Shown: piece after piece, positions 12,909-24,717 of the stretch
How positions within the stretch are numbered: the stretch's first letter is position 1
How the letters are laid out: each line of letters starts with the position of its first letter
Assembly (NCBI GenBank): GCA_050230475.1
Contig: JBFLGF010000182.1
Location: 1 to 50,429, forward strand
Origin: Ancylonema sp.
Lineage: Eukaryota
Direction: 5' to 3'
DNA length: 50,429 bases
Translations under genes and position numbers: made by a program
The notes under the pieces: generated by a model
Seen by the model: the letters and a program-made list of their open reading frames with translations, nothing else
The model's database searches: none
What the model was told of the DNA's origin: nothing

Positions 12909-14361
12909 GAGCAAGGAGATTTCCAATTCAATAGAATGTGTAGTGTACATATGCGGAATTTCATCGAGAGAGAAGTGCTTGCAATCAAATGTGAGCTTTC
13001 TCATTAGTGGCGGTATTCTTGATTGGAAGAGGTAGGAATATCGTTGTCAGCGCAGATTTCTCCTAAAAATACTCTATTTTCTTGCCCGTTCTCAAGGTGG
13101 AGCTCATTGTACGCTTTGTGATGTTGTTGGGGAGTGAGAGTGGAGATTTAGTTCGGAGAATGTGGGATAGTGGGGCTTCAATATCAACATCGTTGGTAAA
13201 ATTGAGTTGGTGTGATTTTTGGAGGAAATAAGACAAGTATTCGACACATGGTTGCTTTCCTTATTGTGCGTTGCCGCAAGCGACCTAGTGTAGTGTCATC
13301 AGTATGATGTTGCGGACTTCATCAAACCATTGGACTTGATTTGAATATACGAAGGTGGCAATGACAAGTGATTAGAGAGTGTCGTAGAATCTTGCAATGG
13401 AGTGTTGTAGTTCTGGAGTTGCATTTGGTCTCGTGTTGTGTGATTCGTTTGAGTTGAGGTCACGTTGGGAGAAGCTTACGTGTATCTATGTTCCCCGGGG
13501 CATAGTTTCACGAGAGGAGCTGAGGACCCGAGGACCCACCGTGGACCCTAGACACGAGCACTATACTTGCCGAGTCTCTTAGCGCTCTGACTGCAACGCC
13601 ATTGAATTCGCATGGTATGGGTGCAAATCTCATGTATTTAAACATTCGATTATTTTCACATTTGAAGTTTTTTTTCTTCATAACGCTTTGTTGACACCAA
13701 GACGGTGTTCATGAGAGGGGAAGCGGTGATTGTGTCTCGGTGAGCATAATAATATCGCACGTGCAGTACACACAAACAGTGTAGAATGGATTCCTCCGAG
13801 TTGTTGCGCAAACGTCACCCCATCCCGTTCAACCGCTCGTGGTTCCTTCCATGAGGGGCGGGCCATCGTGGATTTTCAGAGAGAGTTTTTAAATGGGTAG
13901 TCTTTCGCGAATTTGCTTTCTTTTGGAGGGGATCAATGGGCGTAATGGGCGTATCAATGCAATCGAATTGTATCAATGCTCAATTGTATCAATGCAATCG
14001 GACGCAATTCGTCCTTCGCCGCACTTTGCCATCAATCCGTGAATTTTGTTCTAAATTCCACGTGGAATAATTCCAGCAGCTGTCCCCACAGACAATGGTA
14101 CAGTTTGCCACTCGGCACGATCGGGAGTGTCGGTGGTCGATTAAGACAATCATCTCGGCCGTCCATCCGGTAGAGATACAATTCACTTTTCTCTAGAGAT
14201 AGTTCTGCCATCTGCAGGTCAACCTGGCAGTCGTCCGGCGACCACCTCAGGCATTCCTGGAGGCCACGAGAAGGCGTTTTTGGGTGACCGAAGACGATCA
14301 GCGACAGTGATAAGGAGGTGAAGAGCTTCCTGAGCTTATATGATAAGAAACGTTCCGCAAC

Positions 14362-17300
14362 ATGTTTCTTCTCACACATCCCACTTCTCTGATCAGACCG
14401 TGTGGTGATACCAGATCAGCTCCCTCAGGATCAGCATCAGCATCAGCAACCGCATCTTCAACCTTAGTCACACGGTATCCTGTGACACGAGTCAGAACTG
14501 TCACCCTCGCTGCACATCACAGCCTTCGAGCGACTGAATTCTCCAATTATCTGGCCATAGAATGTAAAGGACATGCGAAAATACATCCTGTGTCTTGCAG
14601 TTGGCGCCGCAGTCGTGTTGGCCAGCCACATGCTGTAAGTTTATTGGATGCTCGGATCAGTGCCACGTCAGATTTTTGTGGGACATCTCCTGTTGAGGAA
14701 TCTTGCCATGAAGATAGTCAACAAAGTCCATCTGGACACGGCTTGGGAGGTAGCATCAGGGAGACCGTGCAGGCGGGTGACGGAGCGGATTCAATGCCAC
14801 ATGAAGTGGACGATCAAAATAGAAGAAACAAAAAAAGATGGCTCGGTTTGTTCAGCTCTTCCGACCTGCGACCTTTAGCTGGTGGACTCGTGCTGATGGC
14901 CGCGTTCGCCCTTAGCGCCCCTCGTAGAGTTCTGGCGCTTGACGGAAGCCCACCCATTGCGCCTCCACCCGAAGCGAGGTATGGATCACGAATCCGATCG
15001 ATGAGTGGAAGCATCTGATACGACCATAGATCATGTATATTTTTTTGGCAATTGCCACAGGTGGTGGCAGTACAGTCTACTCGAGCATAAAATAGACGCA
15101 CGATTCGTCATTCAGGGTGTTTCAGAGGAGGAGAGAGAAAGTCTACGTTTATCACCAAGTTTTTCGAAGGAAAAAAAAAAAAAACACCATGTTTTCCCTT
15201 TTTTTTAAAGCTGGCTCGACAATGTATAGCTTTTTACAACGTAAAGAGACGCTGAAATTCTTAATCTGCTGGTACATCTTTTGACTGCCTACTGGCTAGC
15301 TCGTGCCTGTCTTTTAGTAAGATTTTCACATAGGTATGCCTAATCACTATTTCATTTTACATATTACATATTACATATTACATCCCACATATTACATATC
15401 ACATATTACGTATCACATATTCAATGTTTGATATCTGATATTTAATACATACAATATTTAACAAATCATATTTAACTTTATTCATGCATGTATTTGTATA
15501 TCACCCTCCTCACAGTCCGAAATTTGTGATTTTCTTCTATTGCTAGTGCGTAGTATCCTCGACCATGTGTCATCTGTGACACACCTCCCTATCACTCCAG
15601 AAAGAATAACAAATCGGGTGGATCTCATTCCCCTTTTTGCCGTGGGGGCAGTACGCTGATGGCAGAAAGGGTCGAGGCGGCCCCTGGGATGCCAGCAGCG
15701 GCATCAGCAGAGGCCGAGAAGGCGGCAGAAGTCGCGGCAGAAGGAGACAACTTGGCAAAACTGTACGAAGCTGCTGGGAAGGAGCAGGACCCTTCTGCGA
15801 AACTCCTCGAGTGGGAGAGGACAGCTGGCACTGCTGACGTGGCGACTCTCAAAGACCAGCTGAAGCGCCAGCTGCTCAGCGGACGCTTCCATGAATCGCT
15901 CATCACGCTCGAGCGCCTCATCGAGGTCAGCAACCCCCTCGGGACGCTGCTCACATTGGATTGGTCAATGGATATCACACACCGCTGTGTCAATGTCAAT
16001 TCATATTTTTCGAACACGCCTAAATTTTTTTGGTGATGTTTATGAGGTCCTGAGTATGCTATATGCTATATGCCCTGAGGGAGAAATTTCCGTCCATTCA
16101 CCCTTGAGTGTAGGGGACTGAGCAGTCGGCGAAATAGTCGGCAGTAGAGAATGGCGACTGGCTCGATTCTTCCCCACCGCATTTGCCATGCTGGAACGAC
16201 ATCGGGTCCATAAAACATGCCACCGCTCTCAGGACTCCTTCCAGAGATAACAACCTCAAAAACCCTAAAAACCGAGGAGAATCTGCGACCCCTGCACTCT
16301 GATTGTGACCCCCTCTCTTCGCACGACCACATTAAAGGACGCCACCCGGCCTTGCGTTTTCTGCTCCAGGTTTGCATGTCCACTCTCTGACCCTCCTTTC
16401 CCCCCCCATCCCATTCAGCTGGAGCCTGGCCAGGAGGAGTGGGTGATTGTGGCTGCGCAGACCCTGGTGGCTCTGGGGGACACCCAGAGGGCGCGCAACA
16501 TCTACAACGACATCCTGCAGATCAACCCCTACTCGCCCCGCGCGCTGCAGGGCCTGACCGCCATCATGCAGTCGGTGGGCGAGGACAGCCTGGTGCTGGG
16601 GCTCATCGAGGGCAAGGTGCAGCAGGCCACGGAGGCCGGGATGCAACCGGAAGCGGTTAACCTCAAGCTGCTCTTGGGGCAGGTGCACACGCTGCAGGTA
16701 CTGCTTCAGTGCCCAAAAAAAACCGAAAAAAAACCCAAAAACCCCAAAAAACCAAAATAAAAAACCAAATAAACCTAAGTGCTTCAGTGTTTGAGTGTTT
16801 GAGTGTTTGAGTGTTTGAGTGTTTGAGTGTTTGAGTGGTTGAGGGGTGTGGGGTGTGGGGGGGTGGCAGGGCAATGTGGCGGCGGCCCTGGCTGAATACG
16901 AGCAGGTCTCCAAGGAGGTGCCCGGAGACTTCCGACCCTACCTCTGCCAGGTACGCCGGAGGAGAAGGAGGGACAGGTGGCACGTCGAGTCATGGTCGGT
17001 GCTGATGACGTGGCACTACAGGCGGGGAGCAGTTCTGAGGAAGTGCATCAGGCGATTGCTGGGATGCTCTCTGTGTTTCTGAGTGGAGGTTGAGGCTGCT
17101 GTGGGACGGCAGTCCTTGGCAGGGGCTGGTGCACATCCTGATGGGCGATAAGGAAAAAGCGGATGCGAGCTTCGTGGAGTTTCAGGAAAGGTGTCCGAAA
17201 GACTTTCCATTGCTGTCGACAGTGGACGATATTTTGTTGGAGTCCAAATTGGCGACAAGGAGAATGGAAGTGAGTGGGTCGGCCCGTCTGGTGCGGCAAT

Positions 17301-17679
17301 TCACGTTCCGTGCGCATCGTCGCACGTGTCATCCTTCATGTGGCCAGTTGAAAAACGGAATGAATACGAATGTCGATATGGAAACGCAGACCATGAATCA
17401 GAAAGTGATTGATGATTTTGTTGACGACTGGATGCGGGGCACCGGGAATGTTTGAGTCGAAGTTTGTGTTCGCTTTTTCGAGCTCGGTCACACGCTCGTT
17501 ACGAGCATCTTGTGGGAGACATTCGCAACTCTCTCTCACCGTTTTCTCTCTTCTCCCCTCAGGCACAACAACAGCGAGGAGAAAACGGCGATGCCTCAAA
17601 GAAAGCGCCTCCTTCACTCAACCAACCAACTTTTCCGACTTCTGCCCCTGGGGAAGATGCTGCGCCCGCGGAAGAGTAG
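14362..17679 (+). CDS. Chloroplast TPR protein, SLOW GREEN 1-like
   Basis: Exons 14362-14978, 15652-15925, 16419-16697, 16870-16950, 17123-17269 and 17563-17679 splice in frame. Ser/Thr-rich N-terminus and TPR-type motifs ILQINPYSPRALQG and PGDFRPYLCQGLV. Start codon less certain. Confidence 0.8.
15357..15422. repeat. (ATTAC/ATCAC)n degenerate repeat, intronic
   Basis: catattacatattacatattac... visible. Confidence 0.8.
16786..16837. repeat. (AGTGTTTG)n 8-mer tandem repeat, intronic
   Basis: About 6 perfect units. Confidence 0.95.
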
Positions 17680-20373
17680 TGCACCAACTCAATCTCTTCT
17701 CGTTCCCGTTTCTCTTTTGCCTTTTAAGTCAGTCAATGCAAGACGAAGAGAAATGTGCGCAGTCAGCATATCGCACGTGAACCACTGTCCCACGCCGAAG
17801 GGGACACCGTGGCACTGCTGTAGAGTGATTGCACGTTTGAACTTTGTATTCCAATGGCTCTAACTTTACTTGCGACTGCAACGTATGTGGGGAAAGGGGC
17901 CGAATAAACTTCGGTGGTATGTACAACGTACAATGTCCAACGTATGTGGTTGTGAATTGTACTTTGGGTTTATGAGAACGCTTGTGTCGTATGCCCACAC
18001 CAGTATCGCAAACATAGATGACAAGAGGACGAGTCCTTGAGACACTACAGAAGGTAGTCCAACCCTCGAAGGAAGGCTCGAGTGGTTCAAAAGGTTTTCG
18101 TGCAAAGTGGATGTATACGTTCCACAGTGTGGGGTGGTGGGCGATTCGTGAGCTCTCTTTCACAAAATGTGACGAACAAATAACGGTTTGGTAGTTTTCT
18201 CTGTATCAATGAATGTGGGGGTTAGATTTGTGGTGTAATCATACTGGAATACGAATGAGGTCCAACTACATTATTATGATTCGAATTTCGGTCCAAAGCC
18301 AATCCGACTCGATTGCAGCCTGGATTTCGGTTGATATTTGATGAGAACCACGGGTGTTTTCCATTTCATTCCACATGAATTGTTGAAATAATGTGCCTTT
18401 TAGGATGGGGCGACAAGAATCAGTGATGTTTGGTATATTTTTGGTTTTAAATGGGAACCGGTTTAGTTTCCGAAAAAAAAGGTATATCACTATTTTTGGG
18501 GTTTGACGCAAAAATGGAATCGGCCTGATGGCAAATACTAGGATTCGCTCAAACTCATTTCTTTATGAAAATTGCGGGTCCATTCTCTCGCGTGGATTTC
18601 CTTTCATAACACGTTATAATGTTGTTGCTACTCACAACGATGAATGCATGATTGACCACGGGTGTAAAATGTGTTAACGTGTTTATGAATACTCGTATTC
18701 GTGACTCTCGATGTGAATACTTACCTAGCATTGAGAGACACGACTCCACTTGAGCCGTATGTTGAAATACGTCAATGGCGTCGTTGTATGGTCCGGACAA
18801 GAGGAACCACCCAACACTAAAAGTTCTACACCACAGGCATGTGTTTGTGTTTGTAGGAACCCTAAGGAGGTTTTTGTGTAAAGATGGGGCCAGTGTGAGG
18901 CTGGCCATCCCAATAGACTGGCCATTCCGAATCAGTAGTTTATCCAACCGTCCCAATCGTAGTCTGCGGTCCCAGGTTGCTAGTTGAATGCCCATTCCGA
19001 AGTCTTCTTGTCTAGCCCACTCCGAGGCTAATCCGCGAGTCTGTGAGTACCGATCACGAGTTGTGTCAAGTAATAATCCACTCGTGCTCTACTTTTTTGA
19101 CACGCGGTTCCAGCCTTACATCCACGACTTAGGTGTATAAGTCTACCACCCCGACAGTCATGTACATATGACCGTGGAGAGCACCGAAGTAGGATTAGAT
19201 TGGCTTGTCCCTAGATCGGACTGGGAATTGCGCCAGATGCCGATTTCAACTTCCTTTTCCCCTTACTTTTATGTGTTTCAAAATTCGAAATGACACATGT
19301 GCTTAACCAAAAACGATGGGACCCAGTTCGCCCTTTCCAAACCCGATCTGAACTCGTGTAACCCAATCCTATAGTTTACTTTCCCAACAACTCGATTCTA
19401 TTGACTCCTATTAACCTTTGCTTCTTGGCCCAATCCAGACCGGAGACTGTGTAGTCCGCTACTGGAGCCCATGTTAGCTTGTAGAGAAATTATGTATCCT
19501 AAAAACATCAAATTTGTGAACTTCTCGATAAAGCTAGCAACAATAAGTAATTCAGCAGAAGAGAGTGGAGCGCACGGCGGAAGGGGAGGTAACCAAGCCA
19601 TGGATTGTTGTGGACGCTGGGTCCTAGCATGTATCGCATGTGCTAGTCATCGTTGGAATGCAATTGACACTATCACAGATATGGCATATATGACATATAT
19701 CACATACCTATAACATATGCACCTTCGCGTTTTCCTTGGTCTACAAGCCACCATTTCATATTCGTTGCAAAGCCAACCTTAAGAGCTCCTTGGTCAGAAC
19801 AGGCGAACAAAAGAGAATGCCCACATTCTGCGTCACTCGTGTGTGTGTGTGGGGGGGGGGGGGCGCACGCGCGCGCGCTTATTGTATGCAGCCAAACTAT
19901 AGCAATCTAAAGGCTGGGAGAGTTTGCTTGAGCCTACTTGCTTCCAGTTCCCACCATAGCCACATAATTCGCTGAAGTGGCACAATCCCCACTCGTGTAA
20001 CATGTCGAGGTGGATAAGTGCCACGTTGCATTTTGGGTGCAAGCATTACACACATTTGCTGTTTTAGTTTTTCACCTTCTCCCGATGCGCATCTTGCAAA
20101 TGAGTGTTTTCCCATCATGGCTTGCTTGGAAGGCGCGTGCCGAATAGAGAGACAAGCAAATGAAACACGTCGACCAGACACACGTTAGAGCAAAGGTGTT
20201 GCTGTTTGATACTAGACGTGACACTGGTCGTGAGAAGCATACAGCTGTCACGGTCACGGTGGGCAGAGGACAGGTCAGCACCACATGGACTGCGCAATGA
20301 CGACAAATTCGAATATCGGTATGGCCAAGCGGGCCGGCCACCAGTCCGTCTGCTCTTCCTCTTCTTAGTCCGC

Positions 20374-22823
20374 TTAGTCCACCTCTGTCTTCTTCCCCCT
20401 CACTTTGATCTTCTTGGTTTGCCGGTGCCCTGCTGGCAGCGCCTCCTCCCCGTACGACTTCAGTCTGGCCATGGGCAGCGCTTCTTCCACGGCTCCCCGG
20501 GCCATCATCCGCTTCTTTTTCCGCTGCAAATTCTTCTTCGCAGCTTTGTTCAACCCTTCAGTCTCAAACTCTTTGCCGACCAGTACCAAAGTTGGGCCGA
20601 CTCCCCCCCCTCCCTTCTTTGTGGCGCCCACAGGCTCCCCCCCCCCCTCAGCCTCCACCTCTCCCTCCCCCTCCCCCTCCCTCTTCCGTTTGTGCCTCGC
20701 CACTCCCTCCCCGTCCTCCCCTCCCCCTTCCCCTTCCCCTCCCCCTCCCCCTCCCCTCCCAGCCAGCCAGTTTGTCATCCTCTCCTTCCGTTTTTCCTTC
20801 TTGCTGCCCCTGGGCCCTTCTAGAAGCTTCCTGCTCTGCCCCCTCACCTCCCACTCCTCCGTGCGATAGGGGGCCAGTCTCTTCACCGACACGATCGCAT
20901 TCAGCTCCTTCTCCTCCTTCTCCAAGATGGCTGCCGGAGAGAGTCCGAAGTAGTTGGGGGCCACGCTGCGGTACCGGAAACGCGTGCGGATGTCGCCAAT
21001 CACGTCTTCGTAGTCGAGCTTGTAATACTCCTCCAGCTGGCGGGCCAAGTCAGCCTTCTCGCCCTCCTGCTCCTCCCCATCCCCCGCCCCCCTCTCACCA
21101 ATCACTTTCTCTCTGACAGCCAGGAACCCAGCTTTGTTCCCCCCCCCCTCCCCACCCCACTCCCACTCCTTCTCCTCCCCACCCTCACCCCCACCCCCAG
21201 CCTCCTCCTCCCCCTCCCCCCCCTCCTCTCCCTGAAACTCTCCGTCTTCTGCCCCGTAGTACTCTTCCCCGAAGGCCTCCTGCATGGCTCTGTCGTGAGC
21301 ATCTGGGTTGAACTCCTCCTCCAAGTCCAGCTCTGTTGCCAGCTCCTGAGCCCCCACCCCAGCCACCCGCTGGATCCTGGCCAGCCTGTCCACCATCTCC
21401 TGCTTCTTCTCGTTCTTCAGTCGCTTCATTTCCTCTTTCTGCGCCAATGCCTCGGCAGCCATGCGCTCATCTTTCGCCTTCCGCGCGGACTTGCGGACCT
21501 CCGATTTCTTGCGGACCGACCCGTCAACAGTTCTGCCACCACCCCCCAAGTACTTTTGCCGAAATGAGGCGCAATTCGACCGGCAAAAAGCACCCGAGGC
21601 GGCGAGTCGCACCTTGCATGCCCCTCCACTTGGCTGCCCACTCCCTCCTCGAAACGGAAGTTGTAGTTCGCCTCAAACCGCTCCTGCGCCTCCACGTCAT
21701 CCTCGTCCTCCTCCATGTCGCCCACCACCTCCCCATAACTCGGAACCCGATCCTGCAAGCCGCCCCCACAAGCCCACGCTTCATTTCCTGCCTCAGAAGT
21801 GCACAAAGTCGCGCGAGGGGGGGGAGAGCGAGGTCTTACGCTATCTTTGTCTCTCCATCCCTCACTGTGGAGGTAGTCTTTGAGGAAGCGCTCGTTCTCG
21901 TCCAGGTCTTCGTCTTTCCCGAAATACTCCTCCAGACGGGAAGCGATGACTGCGCCCTCGTCAACATCTGTCCTTTTTCCCGAAGCTACATCCGCAGCGT
22001 CCCCGCGCTTTCTCACACGAAACATGTCTGTCTCCTTCTCCCCCTCCGCTCCAGCATCCTCTGTAGCGCCCAACCCACCCACCCCAGCCACACTAGTCAC
22101 AAATCGCGATCCAGGCCGGGGGTGAGGCGAGCATGATGACATGTCTGTGACATCTGAGTACTTTCCAAAAAAATCTTAGTCCGGTTTCCGACATTTGGAC
22201 TCTCGATACCGGCTCCTAGTCCCTCCCTATATTTTTCCACACCTACCAAAAGGATGAGGGTCACAGAACTGTTCGTTGTAAAGACAATGTAGCGGGTGGA
22301 CAAACTGGCAAGTCGGTGGACTACCTGCAGCCGCCAGCAGCGATTTCTTCAGAGTTGCTTGCTCCTCATCGTACGTTGGCCCCCTATCCTCCTCCTCCTC
22401 TTCCTCCTCCTCCTCCGCATTCCCGTCCTGCTGAAGACTCCTTGCTACGTAGTCCTTGAGGTATATAGGTTTCTCACGTTTCGCCTTCGTCGTTCCCTCC
22501 TCCTCTTCGCCTAAATCTTCAAAAAAAATGACGTCTGGCTGATATATGCTTGGGTCGCGTCTCTTAATGCGCGTCAGAGTATCGAAGATTTTGGCATCAA
22601 CGACAGGGGCAAAACTCCCGTCTTCATCCTCGTCCTCCGAGGGGCTGTCGTCATCAGAATCCGCATCCCTCGACACCTTCCCTGCTTTCTCTAACTCCAT
22701 AAGCCGATGAAGGTCTGCACGCTTAGCATTATGTTCGAACCGACGGGCATATTCTGGGTTGACATGCAGCTCGACAGGCGCCCCACCCCCACCCTCATCG
22801 TCGTCAAGGAGAAGCGTCTTCAT
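20374..22823 (-). CDS. KRI1: KRI1 homolog (40S ribosome biogenesis)
   Basis: Exons 22823-22325 (VNPEYARRFEHNAKRADLHRL), 22060-21840 (DENERFLKDY), 21752-21613 (QERFEANYNFRFEE) and 21532-20374 (LEEYYKLDYEDVIGDIRTRFRYRSVAPNYFGL; RLKSYG); TAA stop. Confidence 0.93.
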
Positions 22824-23236
22824 CCTGACCGTCTAACAAGCATACACACAGGCTGGGAATCCAGACCCCTACCCCCGACCGGCATCCGCAGCTCAGGAAG
22901 AACACAATCCGTGAGTGAAGGTGACGACGTTGCGACGAGACAGCGACTCCCCCGCCAGGGACGGAACTGAACCCCGCTAATGGTTCCTGGGGACCAATAC
23001 GTTCGCTATATCGAACAGGGAATGTGACAGGCCCAGAGTAAGCTTTAGCATCGGCGAAAAATTCGCCGGGACAGGGAGCACTCCAAACGAGGGGTCTCCG
23101 GTACAAACTTAACTGGGAATGCGGCCGACATAATTTTGTAGTATAATCTGTTGTCGTACAATATACTAACGGATCCTTTATACGTGACACTGTACTTCTC
23201 GATCTTCCTCCAAATATTGAATTGTATATAATTAAA

Positions 23237-23469
23237 AAACGACGGGAAAGCCCACTCCAAGTCCTTAATAACCGCTTTCGGTTGAGAATTGGAAGTTGGG
23301 AAAAAGTTGGGAGTCGCGAACGGGCTGGCACTTGCCTTCGGAAGAAACCGGTAGTCGTACAAGATCATAAAATCATGTCCCATGATTTTTCATGGTGCTT
23401 CCCTACACTATGCTAGCAACATTCCGAACCATTGCACGAATGGGGATCGAGAGGGGGTTCCCGTCGTTT
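23237..23469. mobile_element. Candidate MITE or inverted-repeat element upstream of KRI1
   Basis: 12-bp perfect inverted repeat aaacgacgggaa (23237-23248) / ttcccgtcgttt (23458-23469), with imperfect inward extension and TA-rich flanks. Confidence 0.45.
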
Positions 23470-24717
23470 CTCTATATTAAAAAAAAAACTTATATTACAA
23501 ACGTGAATGCGTGCATGGTTCAAAGCATCCACGATATCTATACTTTCATATTGTTCGTGCATAAATTTTTCCAATGCTTGTATTGCATATATTTGCATTC
23601 AACTCCAGATCAATCGGAAAGGGGTTGCCATTTCGGAAGATTGCATTTTCCTGCCAATTTTGGGTGTGATCCATCGTCCCATTTAACACTCTATCTGATT
23701 TTATTATATTATGTACATTTATGATATTGTGGAACTTGAGAGAACTTAAATAACCATCAATCACGTTCCCCAAAAAAATGGCATATAAGTGCAACTCATA
23801 TAGCCATATTGGATCTTTGTGGTACACATGACAAACTCGAACTGTCCAAACATGGGCAAAAATATGGAAATTCCAATTGCACAACTCTACACAGTTATAC
23901 ATACCAAGCCATTCCAACCGTGTTCTACAATTGCATCCAACCTTCCTGCCTCCACCCCACATCTCCACTAGCCCGTGAGCCGCACCGAGGCAGACATGGC
24001 CAAGTGGAGTTACTTTAGTACTCTCAGAACAACTTGCGAGTGCTTTGGCTGATTCGGGATAACGAATCTGGCGGATTCATCACGAAGTCTTCGGGATATT
24101 GTCGGAGGTAGAGGGAATTGGACCGAATGTACAACAATGCGGTTGGGAGCACAATACTATTTGGCCATTGCAATGGCTTTGAACGTGACCAAAAAAGTTG
24201 TGCTCGTATCTCAACTCAAAAGTAGTCGAGGAGTTTTCGTTATCTCTTTGTCCTTGGTAATGTTGGCACCACCGCATTTCTGGAGTGCAAGACACCATGC
24301 ACTGAATAAAGAACCAAGCATGTGTGCGTGCATCAATCACGAGTTACATGTTCTCCTGGCCGCTTTTCCTAATCTGGCTTTCGTGGTCACGAGCCTTTTT
24401 GCGATCCCCACTTCATTGGACTCCATCTGTTCCATAAAAAGGAAGTTGAAAAACATCCATGTGGATGTTTGTTGAGCAGTTTGAGGTGTCAAAAATTCAG
24501 CACATTGCGTGTTTACAATTTGTTTACATTGAAGTGGCCATTGACACAAGGTCACGCAAGATTGGACATCGGCCAAAGCCGCGTGTAGAACAACGCGCCA
24601 CATGTGGATCCTATGTTAATATGTACACAAAAGCAGACCACATTTCCTCACCATTGCCACGGCGAAGCCCCTCTATATATATACAAGAATGGGGTGACCC
24701 GTTGCACACTCCTACGT

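Noticed and set aside
17900..19830. Possible retroelement relic between the SG1-like gene and KRI1
   Set aside because: No LTR, TIR or protein motif could be identified; left unassigned.
20206..22136. Long + strand ORFs antisense to KRI1 (similarly opposite the kinase and oxygenase genes)
   Set aside because: Pro/Ser-rich shadows of GC-rich coding sequence on the other strand.
22950..23110. RNase MRP/tRNA-like RNA upstream of KRI1 (small hairpins, GTTCGA, GGGGTTCA)
   Set aside because: No proper CR-I motif, no P1 closure and no cloverleaf; probably ordinary 5'UTR or promoter sequence.
23500..24650. MULE/SWIM or hAT relic (SCTPEMRWCQH)
   Set aside because: The motif is incomplete and has no supporting context.
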